A stretch of DNA of 64,000 bases from an uncultured Alphaproteobacteria bacterium (GCA_913047365.1 CAJWUK010000001.1:6413-70412), one strand, 5' to 3'; positions 28,738-39,430 are shown, numbered from the stretch's first letter. Program-made: numbers and translations. Notes: generated by a model not told the origin, from the letters alone.

Positions 28738-30372
28738 TCAGGCGTTTCTGGCCGTCGGCAAATAGGGTTTGCCGAGTATATGATCGCTGACCTTTTCGGC
28801 TATGACCAGCACCGCGGCGTGAATATTGCCTGATACCAGATCGGGCATCGCCGACGCATCGACGACACGCAGGTTTTCCGCTCCCTTTACCCGGCATTCC
28901 GTATCAAGCACGGCTTCGTCGTTCGTGCCCATCGGCGTCGTGCAGGACGGGTGATGGGCGGTGACCGCGGTCCGCCTGATCCAGTCGTCGATTTCCGTAT
29001 CGGATTTGACGCTGTCCCCCGGCGCAGTTTCGGTTCCCCGCATCTCGTCCATGGCCGGCTGGTGCATCATTTCGCGCGCGACCTTCACTCCGGTACGCAG
29101 CGTCTCCAGATCGCCGGGCACGTCCAGGAAGTTCTGGATTATTCGCACCTTGTCGAAAGGGTCGGCAGATCGCAACAGGACCTCGCCCCGGCTTTCCGGG
29201 TGCAGCAAAACCGGGCGCAGCCCGAAGCCATCGGTATAGGCCGGTTTAATTCCCGGGAACCACATATACGCATTGCCGGGCGCTCCGCGGAACAGGAACT
29301 GGATATCAGTGGCGGCCAGATCGGATTTGGTTTTCATGAAGCCGTGCAGACCACCGGGCAGAACCGTCGCCGGGCCGGAACCAAACAGATGCGCGCGAAC
29401 AATCGACAGCGCCATACGGTCAAAGCGCATCACATCGCGGAACGGGCCGGGGTTTGGGCGTGAGGCTGTTGGCTGGACCGCCAGATGATCCTGCAGGTTC
29501 TTGCCCACATAGGGGGAATCGACAACCGGCTCAATCCCGACATCATTTAGGTGATCGGCCGGACCGATACCGGACAGCATCAGAAGCTGTGGCGTATTGA
29601 ATACCCCGCCGGACAGGATTACCTCTTTCGCGGCATGAACGATTTCCGTCTTTCCAAGCCGGGAATATGCGATCCCGGTCGCGCGGTTCCCGTCCATCTC
29701 CACCCGGGTTACCAGCGTGCTGTCCTGCAGCGTTACATTTCCCCGGCGGATGGCCGGGCGCAGGAAGGCCCTTGCCGCACTATGGCGTCTTCCCTGATAG
29801 ATAGTGGACTGGCTTCGGCCCAGGCCCTCCTGCGTTTCGCCGTTGTAATCTTCGGTAAAACCAAGGCCGGTGGCCTTGCCGGCTTCGATCCAGGATTCCC
29901 ACAAGGGATCGGTCGACCGCGCGGTCTGGGTCTGAAGCGGGCCCTCGCCGCCCCGCCAGGTATCCTCTCCTCCTTCCCAGGTTTCCATGCGCCGAAAATA
30001 GGGCAACACATCGGCATAAGACCAACCGGTGGCGCCATTTGCGGCCCAGCGGTCGTAATCGCCGCGATGCCCGCGCACATACGCCATGACGTTGATGGAT
30101 GACGACCCGCCGACCACCTTGCCGCGCATGGCTTCTATTTCGCGACCGTTCAGAGTTTCTTCGGGCTCGGCATCGTATCCCCAGTCATGGGCCCGCTTTT
30201 CATGCATCTTGCCGAGGCCAAGGGGAATATGAATCAACGGATCGGTATCTGGCCCGCCGGCCTCAAGAACTAGGATGCGATTATTGGGGTCCGCCCCCAG
30301 CCGATAGGCCAGAACGCAGCCGGCGCTGCCCGCACCGACAATAATGTAATCGTATTCTTTTGTTCCAGCCAT
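28738..30372 (-). CDS. GMC family oxidoreductase (choline-dehydrogenase-like)
   Basis: ORF-track 28738..30450 trimmed to ATG 30372 (MAGTKEYDYIIVGAGSAGCVLAYRL...); GMC N-terminal FAD-binding signature. Confidence 0.85.
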   Translation of the reverse strand: MAGTKEYDYIIVGAGSAGCVLAYRLGADPNNRILVLEAGGPDTDPLIHIPLGLGKMHEKRAHDWGYDAEPEETLNGREIEAMRGKVVGGSSSINVMAYVRGHRGDYDRWAANGATGWSYADVLPYFRRMETWEGGEDTWRGGEGPLQTQTARSTDPLWESWIEAGKATGLGFTEDYNGETQEGLGRSQSTIYQGRRHSAARAFLRPAIRRGNVTLQDSTLVTRVEMDGNRATGIAYSRLGKTEIVHAAKEVILSGGVFNTPQLLMLSGIGPADHLNDVGIEPVVDSPYVGKNLQDHLAVQPTASRPNPGPFRDVMRFDRMALSIVRAHLFGSGPATVLPGGLHGFMKTKSDLAATDIQFLFRGAPGNAYMWFPGIKPAYTDGFGLRPVLLHPESRGEVLLRSADPFDKVRIIQNFLDVPGDLETLRTGVKVAREMMHQPAMDEMRGTETAPGDSVKSDTEIDDWIRRTAVTAHHPSCTTPMGTNDEAVLDTECRVKGAENLRVVDASAMPDLVSGNIHAAVLVIAEKVSDHILGKPYLPTARNA

Positions 30373-30454
30373 TCTCACGATCGTCCCTGTATTCTTGTTT
30401 CGGGTATAATAACGCTGTTGGATGCCGTTCCACAAAGGCCAAGGACACAACTGG

Positions 30455-30904
30455 ATGACCGAAATATACGTGGATGCAGATGCGTGCCCGGTGAAGGATG
30501 AAACCGTGCGTGTTGCGGAACGCCACGGCTTGGCCGTTCACATGGTCAGCGACGGTGGAATTCGGCCCAGCCAGCATCCGCTGGTTCAAACGGTCATCGT
30601 CGATCCCGGCTCCGATGCCGCCGATAACTGGATTGCCGAGCACATCTCAATCGGCGATATCGCGATCACCAATGATATCCCGCTCGCGGCGCGTTGTATT
30701 GAGGCGGGCGCGCGAGTACTGCGCCCGAATGGGGAGGCGCTGGATGAAGGTTCGATCGGCGCCGTGCTGGCGACCCGCAACCTGATGACCGACCTTCGAT
30801 CCGCGGGCGCAGTTACCGGCGGTCCCCGCCCCTTCGGCAAAGGGGACCGGTCCAGATTTCTAGATTTTCTGGACCGAACGGTGCAAGCCGCTAAACGAGG
30901 CTAG
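30455..30904 (+). CDS. YaiI/YqgV family protein (DUF188)
   Basis: ORF-track entry trimmed to ATG 30455 (MTEIYVDADACPVKDE...); 149 aa; the conserved DADACPV start of the UPF0178 family. Confidence 0.7.
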   Translation: MTEIYVDADACPVKDETVRVAERHGLAVHMVSDGGIRPSQHPLVQTVIVDPGSDAADNWIAEHISIGDIAITNDIPLAARCIEAGARVLRPNGEALDEGSIGAVLATRNLMTDLRSAGAVTGGPRPFGKGDRSRFLDFLDRTVQAAKRG

Positions 30905-30920
30905 AAGACCTTTGTGACCT

Positions 30921-31673
30921 TCAAGCCTTTACGCCCATCCGGCCCGAATAATCCATCCTGTTTAGCAAAATACAGCCATGCTCGGTAAAGTAATCGTCCG
31001 TCGCCTCGCGCGAACCGCGCCAGTGACCGTAATCGTCGATGATCAGTACGCCGCCGGACGAAAGAACCGGATACAGGTACTTCAGTTCGTGCGCAGTAGA
31101 TTCGTACCAGTCCGTATCCAGCCGAAGTAGGGAAATTACCGCCGGCATATCGGCCGGGATCGTCTCCTCCACCTTGCCCTTCACCAGATGAAAGCGATCC
31201 GGTGGAAGACCGGTTCGGTCCAGGTTTTGCCGCACCATTTCCAGCGACGCATAGGCCCAGACATTGGAGGCGCCGTCGATCTTTTCGTCTGGGTCGAGAA
31301 AATCGTTTGCATGGACGCCGGCATGGTCGACATCCATGTGGGTCGGTGCAGTCATTCCCTCGAACGTATCGTAAAGGTTTAGCTGCCGCCGGGTATCGCC
31401 CATCAGGTCCAGCGTCATGGCGGCGACCATGGTGCTGCCACCCCTCCACACACCGCATTCCACGATGTCCCCGGGAACGTCGTTTTCAACCACATGCCGG
31501 ACCGCCCGGTACAGGCCATACATGCGTTCGATCGATGTCATTGTGTAAGGATCGCAGGCCTCGAAAATACGCATGAAATCCGCATCCGATGAAATATCGG
31601 GATCGATTTTCGGCCGTTGCCGGATCACCCGGTAACCGAAGGGGCGCACCAGGCTGTTCAAAAATCCGCGCAC
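30921..31673 (-). CDS. TylF/MycF family class I SAM-dependent O-methyltransferase (macrocin O-methyltransferase-like)
   Basis: 250 aa; GDIVECGVWRGGS SAM-binding segment and DTDWYEST / metal-binding-like motifs characteristic of PF05711. Confidence 0.75.
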   Translation of the reverse strand: MRGFLNSLVRPFGYRVIRQRPKIDPDISSDADFMRIFEACDPYTMTSIERMYGLYRAVRHVVENDVPGDIVECGVWRGGSTMVAAMTLDLMGDTRRQLNLYDTFEGMTAPTHMDVDHAGVHANDFLDPDEKIDGASNVWAYASLEMVRQNLDRTGLPPDRFHLVKGKVEETIPADMPAVISLLRLDTDWYESTAHELKYLYPVLSSGGVLIIDDYGHWRGSREATDDYFTEHGCILLNRMDYSGRMGVKA

Positions 31674-31772
31674 GATCAGACGTCAGGTGATTGAAGACAG
31701 GTCATATCGATTCCTCTAGCATGCCCGCAGGATGTTTGCATCCGATCAGTTGACCGAAACAGAAGCGGCCCC

Positions 31773-32165
31773 TTGCAAAGAACCCGACGATATTTCCTTG
31801 GATTACTGGCGTCGCTGTGGCCAATGTCCGTTATCGGCGCCGGACACCGCTCCATCCCTGCCCCCTCCCGGCATACGGTATTACGTTTTCCGGAATATTT
31901 GTGCGAACTGGTGCCTGACTCTCCCGGAGTCCGGCGTTTTTCGGCGATTTATATTGACAATCAAGATCCGAAAAAATTTCGTCGCGAGGCGGAAGGGATC
32001 CTCTTGCCAATCGAATTGAGAAGTCTAGGAGATCTGCGGCAGCACCTCTCGGCGCGATCGGCAGCCGATTTCGAACAGGGACGGACGGTTGAACTGGATG
32101 GATGGATTCTCTCCCAAACAGAGGCCGATTCGCTAACACTGGCAACCCTTTACCGGATGGGCTGA
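31773..32165 (+). CDS. Tat-signal small subunit of a two-subunit GMC dehydrogenase (gluconate-2-dehydrogenase subunit-3-like)
   Basis: 130 aa; twin-arginine motif RRYFLGLLAS near the N-terminus; the stop is 1 nt before the flavoprotein start. Confidence 0.55.
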   Translation: MQRTRRYFLGLLASLWPMSVIGAGHRSIPAPSRHTVLRFPEYLCELVPDSPGVRRFSAIYIDNQDPKKFRREAEGILLPIELRSLGDLRQHLSARSAADFEQGRTVELDGWILSQTEADSLTLATLYRMG

Positions 32166-32166
32166 C

Positions 32167-33810
32167 TTGTTCGCCAATCTGAGCGACCTGGGGGAAACGA
32201 AACAGATCTCGTGCGATCTGTGTATTGTGGGCGGGGGCGCTGCCGGCATAACCATCGCCCGCGAAATGATCGGATCGCCCCTGTCGGTCTGCCTGGTGGA
32301 AAGCGCAGAGGAATACCATCAGCCCACCCAGGATTTGTACCAGGCTACACAGCAGAGCCGGAAACGGTCCCGCAGCCTGGAAACCGGCGTACACTATGGC
32401 GCGACTGCCCACTTAAGCCGGATCCGGCATTTTGGCGGAACCACCAATCACTGGGGCGGATATTGCATTCCGTTGACCCCACACGACCTGGCAAAGAAAG
32501 ACTGGATGCCGGACAGTGGCTGGCCGATCGAATGGGAAGAGTTGAACGCCTTTTACCCCCGTGCTCAAGCTATCTGTGGGGCCGGGCCGTTTGTCTACGA
32601 CGAGCGACTATGGGATACCACGAGCCGAAAATCATACGCCTTCGATCCGGATTACATCGTCAACCGGTTCTTCCAATTCAGCCCGCCAATCCGGTTCGGG
32701 GACAAGTACGGCGACGACCTAAAATCAGCGGCGAATATCAACGTTCTTTTCGATGCGAACGCCGTGAAAATCGGTCTCCAGTCCAACACGAAATCCGCCG
32801 ATCACATTGCGGTCAGGTCACTCAAAGGCAAGACCGCGCACATCCGGGCCCGGCACTATATCATCGCCTGCGGGGGTATGGAAAACGCACGGCTCCTTCT
32901 CGATTCAAACGACGTCACCTCCGATGGCGTGGGCAATAGCCGCGGTCTGGTGGGCCGGTATTTCATGGACCACCTCTATGACACCATCGGCGCGCTTCTG
33001 GTGTCGGAGCGACCCCAGAAAATCCTCGATCAATATGCGGAAACGGTTCCGGATAAACCCAGTCATCCGCTGGCGGGCAAGGAACCGACCATGTTCCAGC
33101 CGATTTTTTCGGCATCAGAAGCCGCGCAGAATCGCAACAAAGCAGGCGGTGTGATTGTCATGCTGCGGGGCGAATGGGCACGGCCGGATGAAGGCATCGA
33201 TGCCGTCTATCAGGCCATCCACGATCAGAACCGGGAGGTGACCGGCGAATATGGCGATCATCTTCTCGATATCCTGTTCAATCTGGATACCTCCCTGACT
33301 GAGATGAAAAGCTACATGCAGGGCAAACATCCGGATCACATGCCGGTCCTGTTCGCAATCGCCGAACAGGCCCCTAACCGTGACAGCCGTATCACCCTAT
33401 CCGATCAACGCGATGCGCTTGGCCGTCCCCGTGCGCATATTGACTGGCAGCTATCCGAGACAGACCTGCGCACCTTTGCCCAGATGCCCCGCCTGCTGGC
33501 GCGGGAATTCGGCAGGCTTGGTATCGGCCGTGTGCATGTATCACCCTGGCTGGATGAGGACGCGATCTATCTTTACCGGAAGGATTTCTCCCGCGTGCTG
33601 GAGCCGGGTCGCCACCATTCCGGCACCACCCGCATGGCGTCCGACCCCGCCAAAGGCGTTGTCAACGCTGAGTGCCGCCTGTTCGATGTGGAGAATATCT
33701 CGATTGCGGGAAGTTCGGTTTTCCCGACCATCGGCTATGCCAACCCAACCCTGACAATTGTTGCGCTCGCCTTACGCCTGGCGGAACACCTCAAAAAACA
33801 GTTGGCCTGA
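32167..33810 (+). CDS. GMC family FAD-dependent dehydrogenase, large flavoprotein subunit
   Basis: 547 aa; DLCIVGGGAAGITIA FAD fold and C-terminal GMC substrate domain. Confidence 0.85.
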   Translation: MFANLSDLGETKQISCDLCIVGGGAAGITIAREMIGSPLSVCLVESAEEYHQPTQDLYQATQQSRKRSRSLETGVHYGATAHLSRIRHFGGTTNHWGGYCIPLTPHDLAKKDWMPDSGWPIEWEELNAFYPRAQAICGAGPFVYDERLWDTTSRKSYAFDPDYIVNRFFQFSPPIRFGDKYGDDLKSAANINVLFDANAVKIGLQSNTKSADHIAVRSLKGKTAHIRARHYIIACGGMENARLLLDSNDVTSDGVGNSRGLVGRYFMDHLYDTIGALLVSERPQKILDQYAETVPDKPSHPLAGKEPTMFQPIFSASEAAQNRNKAGGVIVMLRGEWARPDEGIDAVYQAIHDQNREVTGEYGDHLLDILFNLDTSLTEMKSYMQGKHPDHMPVLFAIAEQAPNRDSRITLSDQRDALGRPRAHIDWQLSETDLRTFAQMPRLLAREFGRLGIGRVHVSPWLDEDAIYLYRKDFSRVLEPGRHHSGTTRMASDPAKGVVNAECRLFDVENISIAGSSVFPTIGYANPTLTIVALALRLAEHLKKQLA

Positions 33811-33819
33811 ATGGTGCTG

Positions 33820-34053
33820 TCAGGCCTTGGTAATTTCCTTGATAGGCGGTTTCGGTACGCCGGAGCGTTCGGCAATCTCGGCGTCCTGTTTTTCGATGAC
33901 CACCCGTGCCAAATCGAGCAGTTCTTCCGTGCCGAAAGGATCGACCAGAAGCTCTCCCGCAATGCGTCGGTTGGAGCTAAGGCTGCCGTCTTCGTAAACG
34001 ACGTTAAAGGTCTGGGCGACTGGCTTGGTTGAGCGTTTTTTTCGTCCGGCCAT
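33820..34053 (-). CDS. hypothetical small protein
   Basis: ORF-track 33820..34155 trimmed to ATG 34053 (MAGRKKRSTKPVAQTFNVVYEDGSL...), 77 aa; sits between the tRNA terminator hairpin and the GMC operon. No recognisable family. Confidence 0.35.
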   Translation of the reverse strand: MAGRKKRSTKPVAQTFNVVYEDGSLSSNRRIAGELLVDPFGTEELLDLARVVIEKQDAEIAERSGVPKPPIKEITKA

Positions 34054-34082
34054 GGCACCTGATCCCCTCAATTTACTGATTA

Positions 34083-34117
34083 AAAACAACCCCCTGCCAG
34101 ATTTTTCCCGGCAGGGG
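34083..34117 (-). terminator. rho-independent terminator downstream of the tRNA gene
   Basis: cccctgcc-(N11)-ggcagggg hairpin; on the minus strand it is followed by gttgttttt. Confidence 0.5.
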
Positions 34118-34122
34118 TAAAT

Positions 34123-34199
34123 TGGTAGCGGAGGAGGGACTCGAACCCCCGACACGCGGATTATGATTCCGCTGCTCTAACCTGCTGAGCTACTCCGCC
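34123..34199 (-). tRNA. tRNA with CAU anticodon (tRNA-Met; tRNA-Ile2 not excluded)
   Basis: Minus strand reads GGCGGAG-TA-GCTCAGCAGGTTAGAGC-A-GCGGA-ATCATAA-TCCGC-GTGTC-GGGGGTTCGAGTCCCTC-CTCCGCT-A-CCA. This is a cloverleaf with 7-bp acceptor stem (G1.U72), GG/TTCGA elements, anticodon CAT, encoded CCA; 77 nt. Confidence 0.85.
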
Positions 34200-34291
34200 A
34201 CGGGCCGCCGGATATAGGCGGTTGGTCCAGATTCGTCAAGACTTCCAGGGTCCTGCGGCCGCCCCGTATGATGGCTTTGAAGGAGATGCTA

Positions 34292-35068
34292 ATGCTGCGG
34301 TTTTCCGCGAATTTATCGACCCTATTCAAGGAAGTTCCGTTCCCGGAACGGCCCGCCGCGGCGGCGGCAGCCGGGTTCCGCTGTGTGGAAATGCAGTTTC
34401 CGTATGACACAACGGCGAAAACGCTGGCGGCCGATCTGGAAAGGCTGTCGCTGGAGGTCTCGGTTATCAACGTTCCGGCAGGTGACCTGGTAGAGGGCGG
34501 CGAAGGAAATGCCGCCATTCGCGATAGGCAGGAGGATTTCCGGGCCGGTGTCGAAATGTGCCGCCGCTACGCTGATATCCTGCGTCCCCGCAACGTGAAC
34601 GTACTCGCGGGTGCGCCGGCCGAGGCTCGCGACAGACCTGACTGCCTAAAAGTTCTCGCCGAGAACCTACACTATACAGGGCAGGCGCTATCCGGCGTGA
34701 GCGTTGGCGTCGTCGTTGAGGCGATCAACACCGTCGACCGTCCGGGTTTCCTGCTCAGTACGCCGGAAGACGTGATGGCCGCGATGGACGCCGCTGATCA
34801 CGCGAACCTTTCGATGGAATTCGATATCTATCATATGGCGATGATGCGGATCCCAGTCGTCAATGCCTTCCGGACCCATCTGGACCGGATCGGCCACATC
34901 CAGTTCGCCGACGCCCCGAAACGCAACGAACCGGGCACAGGCACCGTCGATTTCGATGCTGTGTTTGCAGCCATCAGAGAGTCAGAATATGACGGCTGGG
35001 CCGCCGCCGAATACTTCCCGAAGGGCACAACTGAAGAAGGACTTGGATGGCATGCGGAATACGCCTAG
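34292..35068 (+). CDS. hydroxypyruvate isomerase family protein (xylose-isomerase-like TIM barrel)
   Basis: Start placed at ATG 34292 ([12 protein letters not shown]...), 6 nt after AGGAG; matches the Hyi/OtnI N-terminus (MPRFAANLSMLF-type). Confidence 0.8.
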   Translation: MLRFSANLSTLFKEVPFPERPAAAAAAGFRCVEMQFPYDTTAKTLAADLERLSLEVSVINVPAGDLVEGGEGNAAIRDRQEDFRAGVEMCRRYADILRPRNVNVLAGAPAEARDRPDCLKVLAENLHYTGQALSGVSVGVVVEAINTVDRPGFLLSTPEDVMAAMDAADHANLSMEFDIYHMAMMRIPVVNAFRTHLDRIGHIQFADAPKRNEPGTGTVDFDAVFAAIRESEYDGWAAAEYFPKGTTEEGLGWHAEYA

Positions 35069-36168
35069 GCCCCGCGCTGGATCCATCCGCCACCCAGCAG
35101 ACGATCTCCTTGATAGAATACACAGGCCTGACCCGGGGCGACGGCGCGTTCGGGGGTTTCCAGAACGACCTCGGCCTCAGTAAGGTCCTCGTTCAATGAC
35201 AGCCTCGCCGGAACTGGCGGCTGCATGGAGCGGACCTTCACAGTCAAATTCTCGATGTCCTCTGTATCGCCCAACCAGTTCACATCGGAAAGCCGAACGA
35301 TCCTCTCACCGAGCGCAGAACCGGGTCCGACGACCACCCGGCGGCTGTCCGGTTCGATCCGAATGACATAGAGCGGCTCCCCTGCCCCGCCAACACCGAT
35401 ACCGCGCCGCTGACCGACTGTGAAATTGATGATGCCCTCGTGGCCTCCAAGAACATTGCCGTCTAGATCGACTATCTCGCCGGGATCGATGGCGCCGGGA
35501 CGGATTTTGGCGACAACAGACGCGTAGTCGCCATCGGGCACGAAACAGATATCCTGGCTGTCGGGTTTAGCGGCTACGGGCAGGTCGAACCGCTCGGCAT
35601 GGGCTCGCACTTCGTCCTTCGGGAGATCGCCCAGGGGAAAACGCAGGAAATCGGCCTGTTCTTGGGTGGTGGCAAAAAGAAAATAGCTTTGATCCCGAGC
35701 AGGATCGGCAGCCCGGTAGAGTTCCGCATGCTCACTTGTGCCGGTGCGCCGGATGTAATGGCCGGTCGCCAGCGCGTCACCCTGCAGGTCTTTTGCAGTT
35801 TTAAGCAGATCGCGGAACTTGACCGTCTGGTTGCACAATACACAGGGGATCGGTGTTTCGCCGCGGACATAGCTGTCGGCAAAAGTGTCGATCACGTCTT
35901 CGCGGAACCGGGATTCATAGTTTAGGACGTAATGCGGAATACCAACCGTTTCCGCCACCCGTTTGGCATCGAAAATATCCTGACCGGCACAGCATGCCTT
36001 TTCGCTCTTTACCGCTTCGCCGTGATTGTAAAGCTGCAACGTAACGCCGACGACGTCATAGCCTTCTTCGGTTAGCAGCGCTGCGGTGACGGAACTGTCA
36101 ACGCCGCCCGACATGGCAACAATCACACGCGTCTGCGCGGGGTCTTTATCGAAGCCCAGAGAATTCAT
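35065..36168 (-). CDS. mnmA: tRNA 2-thiouridine(34) synthase
   Basis: Trimmed to ATG 36168 ([27 protein letters not shown]...); PP-loop SGGVDSS and overall MnmA layout. Confidence 0.9.
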   Translation of the reverse strand: MNSLGFDKDPAQTRVIVAMSGGVDSSVTAALLTEEGYDVVGVTLQLYNHGEAVKSEKACCAGQDIFDAKRVAETVGIPHYVLNYESRFREDVIDTFADSYVRGETPIPCVLCNQTVKFRDLLKTAKDLQGDALATGHYIRRTGTSEHAELYRAADPARDQSYFLFATTQEQADFLRFPLGDLPKDEVRAHAERFDLPVAAKPDSQDICFVPDGDYASVVAKIRPGAIDPGEIVDLDGNVLGGHEGIINFTVGQRRGIGVGGAGEPLYVIRIEPDSRRVVVGPGSALGERIVRLSDVNWLGDTEDIENLTVKVRSMQPPVPARLSLNEDLTEAEVVLETPERAVAPGQACVFYQGDRLLGGGWIQRGA

Positions 36169-36211
36169 GGCGCGGAATATAGGGCTTTTCCGCGCACCGG
36201 CAAGAACAGGA

Positions 36212-38284
36212 TCAGGCGCGTATGCGTTCGGTGCGTATCCAAATGGCCGTATCATGGAACACCGCGCCACCGTTGGGCTTGGCCGGGTCAGAGCTGGTCA
36301 ACGCGTTTATGCCGATGCCCTCCTCGAACGCCGCGTTTGGCCAGATGCTTTCGATGATAACAATACCCCGGTTTACACCGTTGAACGGTTCCGCGTGCAG
36401 CACTAGATCGCCCCGATCATTACCGATCCGCACCCGGGCTCCCGCCGCAATCCCCAATTCTTCGCAATCCTTGGGATTGATCAGTAGTGTGGGTCGTTCC
36501 TCGTTATGAACCGACGTCTCCGTCTCTGTGAAGCTGGTGTTGAGGTAGTTGCGCGATGGCGCGGTCACTAGACGGAACGGACGGGCCTCGTCGACGTCGT
36601 CAATGATATGGGCAAAATCCGGCAATGATGGCAGATCGGCATGGTCAGGGCCCTGCTCTTCCCAGTTTGCCTTGAACCGGAACTTACCATCGGGGTGCGG
36701 AAACCCGTGCAGGAAATGGCGGTGCTCGAAGCTGAGATCAAGCTCGATAAAGCGCTTTTCCTTCAGTTCGTCCACCGTACCGCAGTCGTTGGTCTGCAGG
36801 ATTTCGTCCATGACCTCCCAGGCGGACATCGTGAAGGCCCGGTGATCGGCCCCCAGTTTGTCTGCAAGGCTACTCAGCATGTCGTGATTGCTGCGGGCTT
36901 CGGCCAGGGGTTCAATGATCTGGGGTCCAATCTGTAGATAGGGCTGTCCGTAAGAGGTGTAGAGATCGTCGTGTTCCAGGAACGTTGTCGCGGGTAGGAC
37001 GATATCGGCCAGCCTTGCGGTGTCGGTTAGGAACTGTTCGTGGACACAGAGGAACATATCGTCTCTTAGGAGGCCTTCGCGCACCTTCAGGGATTCCGGC
37101 GCGACTACGGCCGGATTGGAGCTTTGCACCATCATGGCCGTCACCGGCGGTCCGCCGTTCAGCGGTTCGGTTTCACCTTTAAGGATGGGACCGAGGCGCG
37201 ACATATCAAGCTGCCGCAGGTCTGGATTTTCGATCCCTGTCACCAGTGATGTATCCAGTGAAAAGTTCTGGCCGATAGAACCATATAGCCCGGCACCCGG
37301 ATGCTTCCACGCACCGCGCACCGCCGGCAGGCAGCTAACGGCGTGCAGCGACGATGCGCCGTTGCGGGACCGGGAAAACCCATAGCCGAGCCGAATGATG
37401 GCGCGCTCGGTGGTGCCGTATTCAGCGGCAAGTGCCTCAATCTCTTCCATCGGAACGCCTGTGATCTCAGACGCCCAGTCCGGACCGCGCGATTGCAGGT
37501 GTTCTTCCAGCGCCGCTGCATCGTTGGTGAAATCCGCAATGTAGTCCCGGTCGGCATGACCGTCGCGGAAAAGGATGCGCATCACTGCGCAGGCCAGCGC
37601 CGCGTCAGTGCCGGGGCGTGGGCGGATATGGACATCGGCCTGACGCGCGGTCGGCGTGCGATAGGGGTCTATCACGATCAGCCTTGCGCCACGTTCTTTC
37701 CGTGCCCGGCTGATATGGGTCATCAGGTTGACCTGGGTGTAGACCGGGTTGCTCCCCCAGACGATGATCAAATCGGCATCGGCGAATTCCCGCGGATCGC
37801 AGCCGCGCTGCGCGCCGACGCCGGCTTCCATCCCCGCCAACATCACCGACGAGCAAATCGTGTTGTGCTGGCGTGAATATCCCATCGCGTTTCGCAGGCC
37901 CTGGATGCCGTCCCGCTGGATTTTGCCCATCGTCCCGGCATAGTTATAGAGCCAGACCGTTTCGGCCCCGTGTTTCTGCGCGGCTTTGGTGTAATTCTCG
38001 GCGACTGTATCCAGAGCGTCGTCCCAGGAAATCGGTTCGAAATCGTCCAGCGTGGAATTCGGCGACTTGGCGCCCTTGCGGCGCAGCGGCTGGGTCAGGC
38101 GGTTGGGGTGATGCACGCGCTCCGCATAACGCGCAACCTTCGCACAGACCACACCCGCCGTGTAGGTGTTCGCGTCAGATCCATGCACCCGGCCAATTTT
38201 TTGCCGGGATTCCAGTTCAACATCCAGCGTGCAGGCGCTGGCGCAGTCATGCGGACAAACGGAATAGGCAATATCGAGCGGCAT
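36212..38284 (-). CDS. molybdopterin-dependent oxidoreductase (DMSO reductase family, cytoplasmic type)
   Basis: 690 aa; N-terminal Fe-S cysteine cluster CPHDCASAC..(x)..C and molybdopterin dinucleotide-binding regions; no Tat signal. Confidence 0.8.
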   Translation of the reverse strand: MPLDIAYSVCPHDCASACTLDVELESRQKIGRVHGSDANTYTAGVVCAKVARYAERVHHPNRLTQPLRRKGAKSPNSTLDDFEPISWDDALDTVAENYTKAAQKHGAETVWLYNYAGTMGKIQRDGIQGLRNAMGYSRQHNTICSSVMLAGMEAGVGAQRGCDPREFADADLIIVWGSNPVYTQVNLMTHISRARKERGARLIVIDPYRTPTARQADVHIRPRPGTDAALACAVMRILFRDGHADRDYIADFTNDAAALEEHLQSRGPDWASEITGVPMEEIEALAAEYGTTERAIIRLGYGFSRSRNGASSLHAVSCLPAVRGAWKHPGAGLYGSIGQNFSLDTSLVTGIENPDLRQLDMSRLGPILKGETEPLNGGPPVTAMMVQSSNPAVVAPESLKVREGLLRDDMFLCVHEQFLTDTARLADIVLPATTFLEHDDLYTSYGQPYLQIGPQIIEPLAEARSNHDMLSSLADKLGADHRAFTMSAWEVMDEILQTNDCGTVDELKEKRFIELDLSFEHRHFLHGFPHPDGKFRFKANWEEQGPDHADLPSLPDFAHIIDDVDEARPFRLVTAPSRNYLNTSFTETETSVHNEERPTLLINPKDCEELGIAAGARVRIGNDRGDLVLHAEPFNGVNRGIVIIESIWPNAAFEEGIGINALTSSDPAKPNGGAVFHDTAIWIRTERIRA

Positions 38285-38416
38285 CGGGGGCCATCCTTGT
38301 CAGATCGAACGGCGAGTATAGGGTAAGCTTTGCACCAGTTGTATGACACAATTCCGCCAACCAGACGGCCGGTTTACGACGAAAATCGGTTTACGATCAG
38401 GTGAGGCCTCAACAAT

Positions 38417-39400
38417 TTAGCCCACCGATATCCGTTCGCCGGACTCGGCCGATCTGATGATCGCCTCTAACACCTGCGTCGCGTGCAGGATCTGGTCCGG
38501 AGTGGCGGGGAACGTATCGGTCCCCTCGCAATGGCGGCCGAAACATTCCATCTGATCCCGGATGGTGGGCATGCCCGGATATTCATACCCGTCCCAGGTT
38601 TCGGCATCCGTCGACCCGTCAGTCATCTGCACATCGAAACGGTCGTGACCGTAAATGCAGCCCCAGCCTTTTGTCCCGAAAGTGCGCACCTGCCAAAGAT
38701 GGCCAGTAGCGGAAACCGTTCCGAGATACCCGACCTGCCCGTTTTCAAATTCCATCAATATGCCGGTGGCATCGTCGATATCGAAAGGAATGGCGACCCG
38801 TTTGCTTAGGACATGAACGTTAGCCACATACCCGAAAAGATTGACGAACATGTCGACCGCGTGGATACCGAGCGACGTCATCCCACCGACCGGACTTTCT
38901 GCACGGCTGTCTCGCCATTCGCCGGAATATCCCGCCATATTGGCGGAAAAATTGCCTTCGATTTGGATCATGTCACCCAGATCCCCGGACTCGATCATTT
39001 CCTTTAGTCTGATCGCGTTCGGGGAAAAACGCCGGTTATGTCCGATCGCGACCTTCAGCCCCTTTTCAGACAACGTATCAAGCGCGGTTTTGGCGTGGGC
39101 GCCGGTCAGGCAGAACGGTTTTTCGCAGAACACATGTTTACCGGCGTCTGCAGCCGCCATCATCTGATCGAAATGCGCCGAATGCGGAGAGGCCAGAACC
39201 ACCGCATTCACATCGTTATCCGCCAGCACATCTTCATAGCTACCGTGCAAACGAATACCCTTTTCGGCAGCGTAGTCTTCGACCTTAGACAGGGTCCGCG
39301 TCATGCCCGCTGTGAATCGGATCACATCACTGCCACCGGTAACCGAGTTCACCAGCGTCTGTCCCCACCGTCCCATGCCAATGATTGCGGCGTTAATCAC
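38417..39400 (-). CDS. Gfo/Idh/MocA family oxidoreductase
   Basis: 327 aa; MINAAIIGMGRWG Rossmann start. Confidence 0.85.
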   Translation of the reverse strand: MINAAIIGMGRWGQTLVNSVTGGSDVIRFTAGMTRTLSKVEDYAAEKGIRLHGSYEDVLADNDVNAVVLASPHSAHFDQMMAAADAGKHVFCEKPFCLTGAHAKTALDTLSEKGLKVAIGHNRRFSPNAIRLKEMIESGDLGDMIQIEGNFSANMAGYSGEWRDSRAESPVGGMTSLGIHAVDMFVNLFGYVANVHVLSKRVAIPFDIDDATGILMEFENGQVGYLGTVSATGHLWQVRTFGTKGWGCIYGHDRFDVQMTDGSTDAETWDGYEYPGMPTIRDQMECFGRHCEGTDTFPATPDQILHATQVLEAIIRSAESGERISVG

Positions 39401-39430
39401 ACGCGTCCTCCTTTTCCAGTAACGAGTGTG

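Noticed and set aside
34123-34199. Initiator tRNA-fMet assignment
   Set aside because: Initiator tRNAs have a C1:A72 mismatch and three consecutive G-C pairs at the base of the anticodon stem. This tRNA has G1.U72 and a GCGGA/TCCGC stem, so an elongator Met (or Ile2-LAU) is more likely; this cannot be settled by eye.
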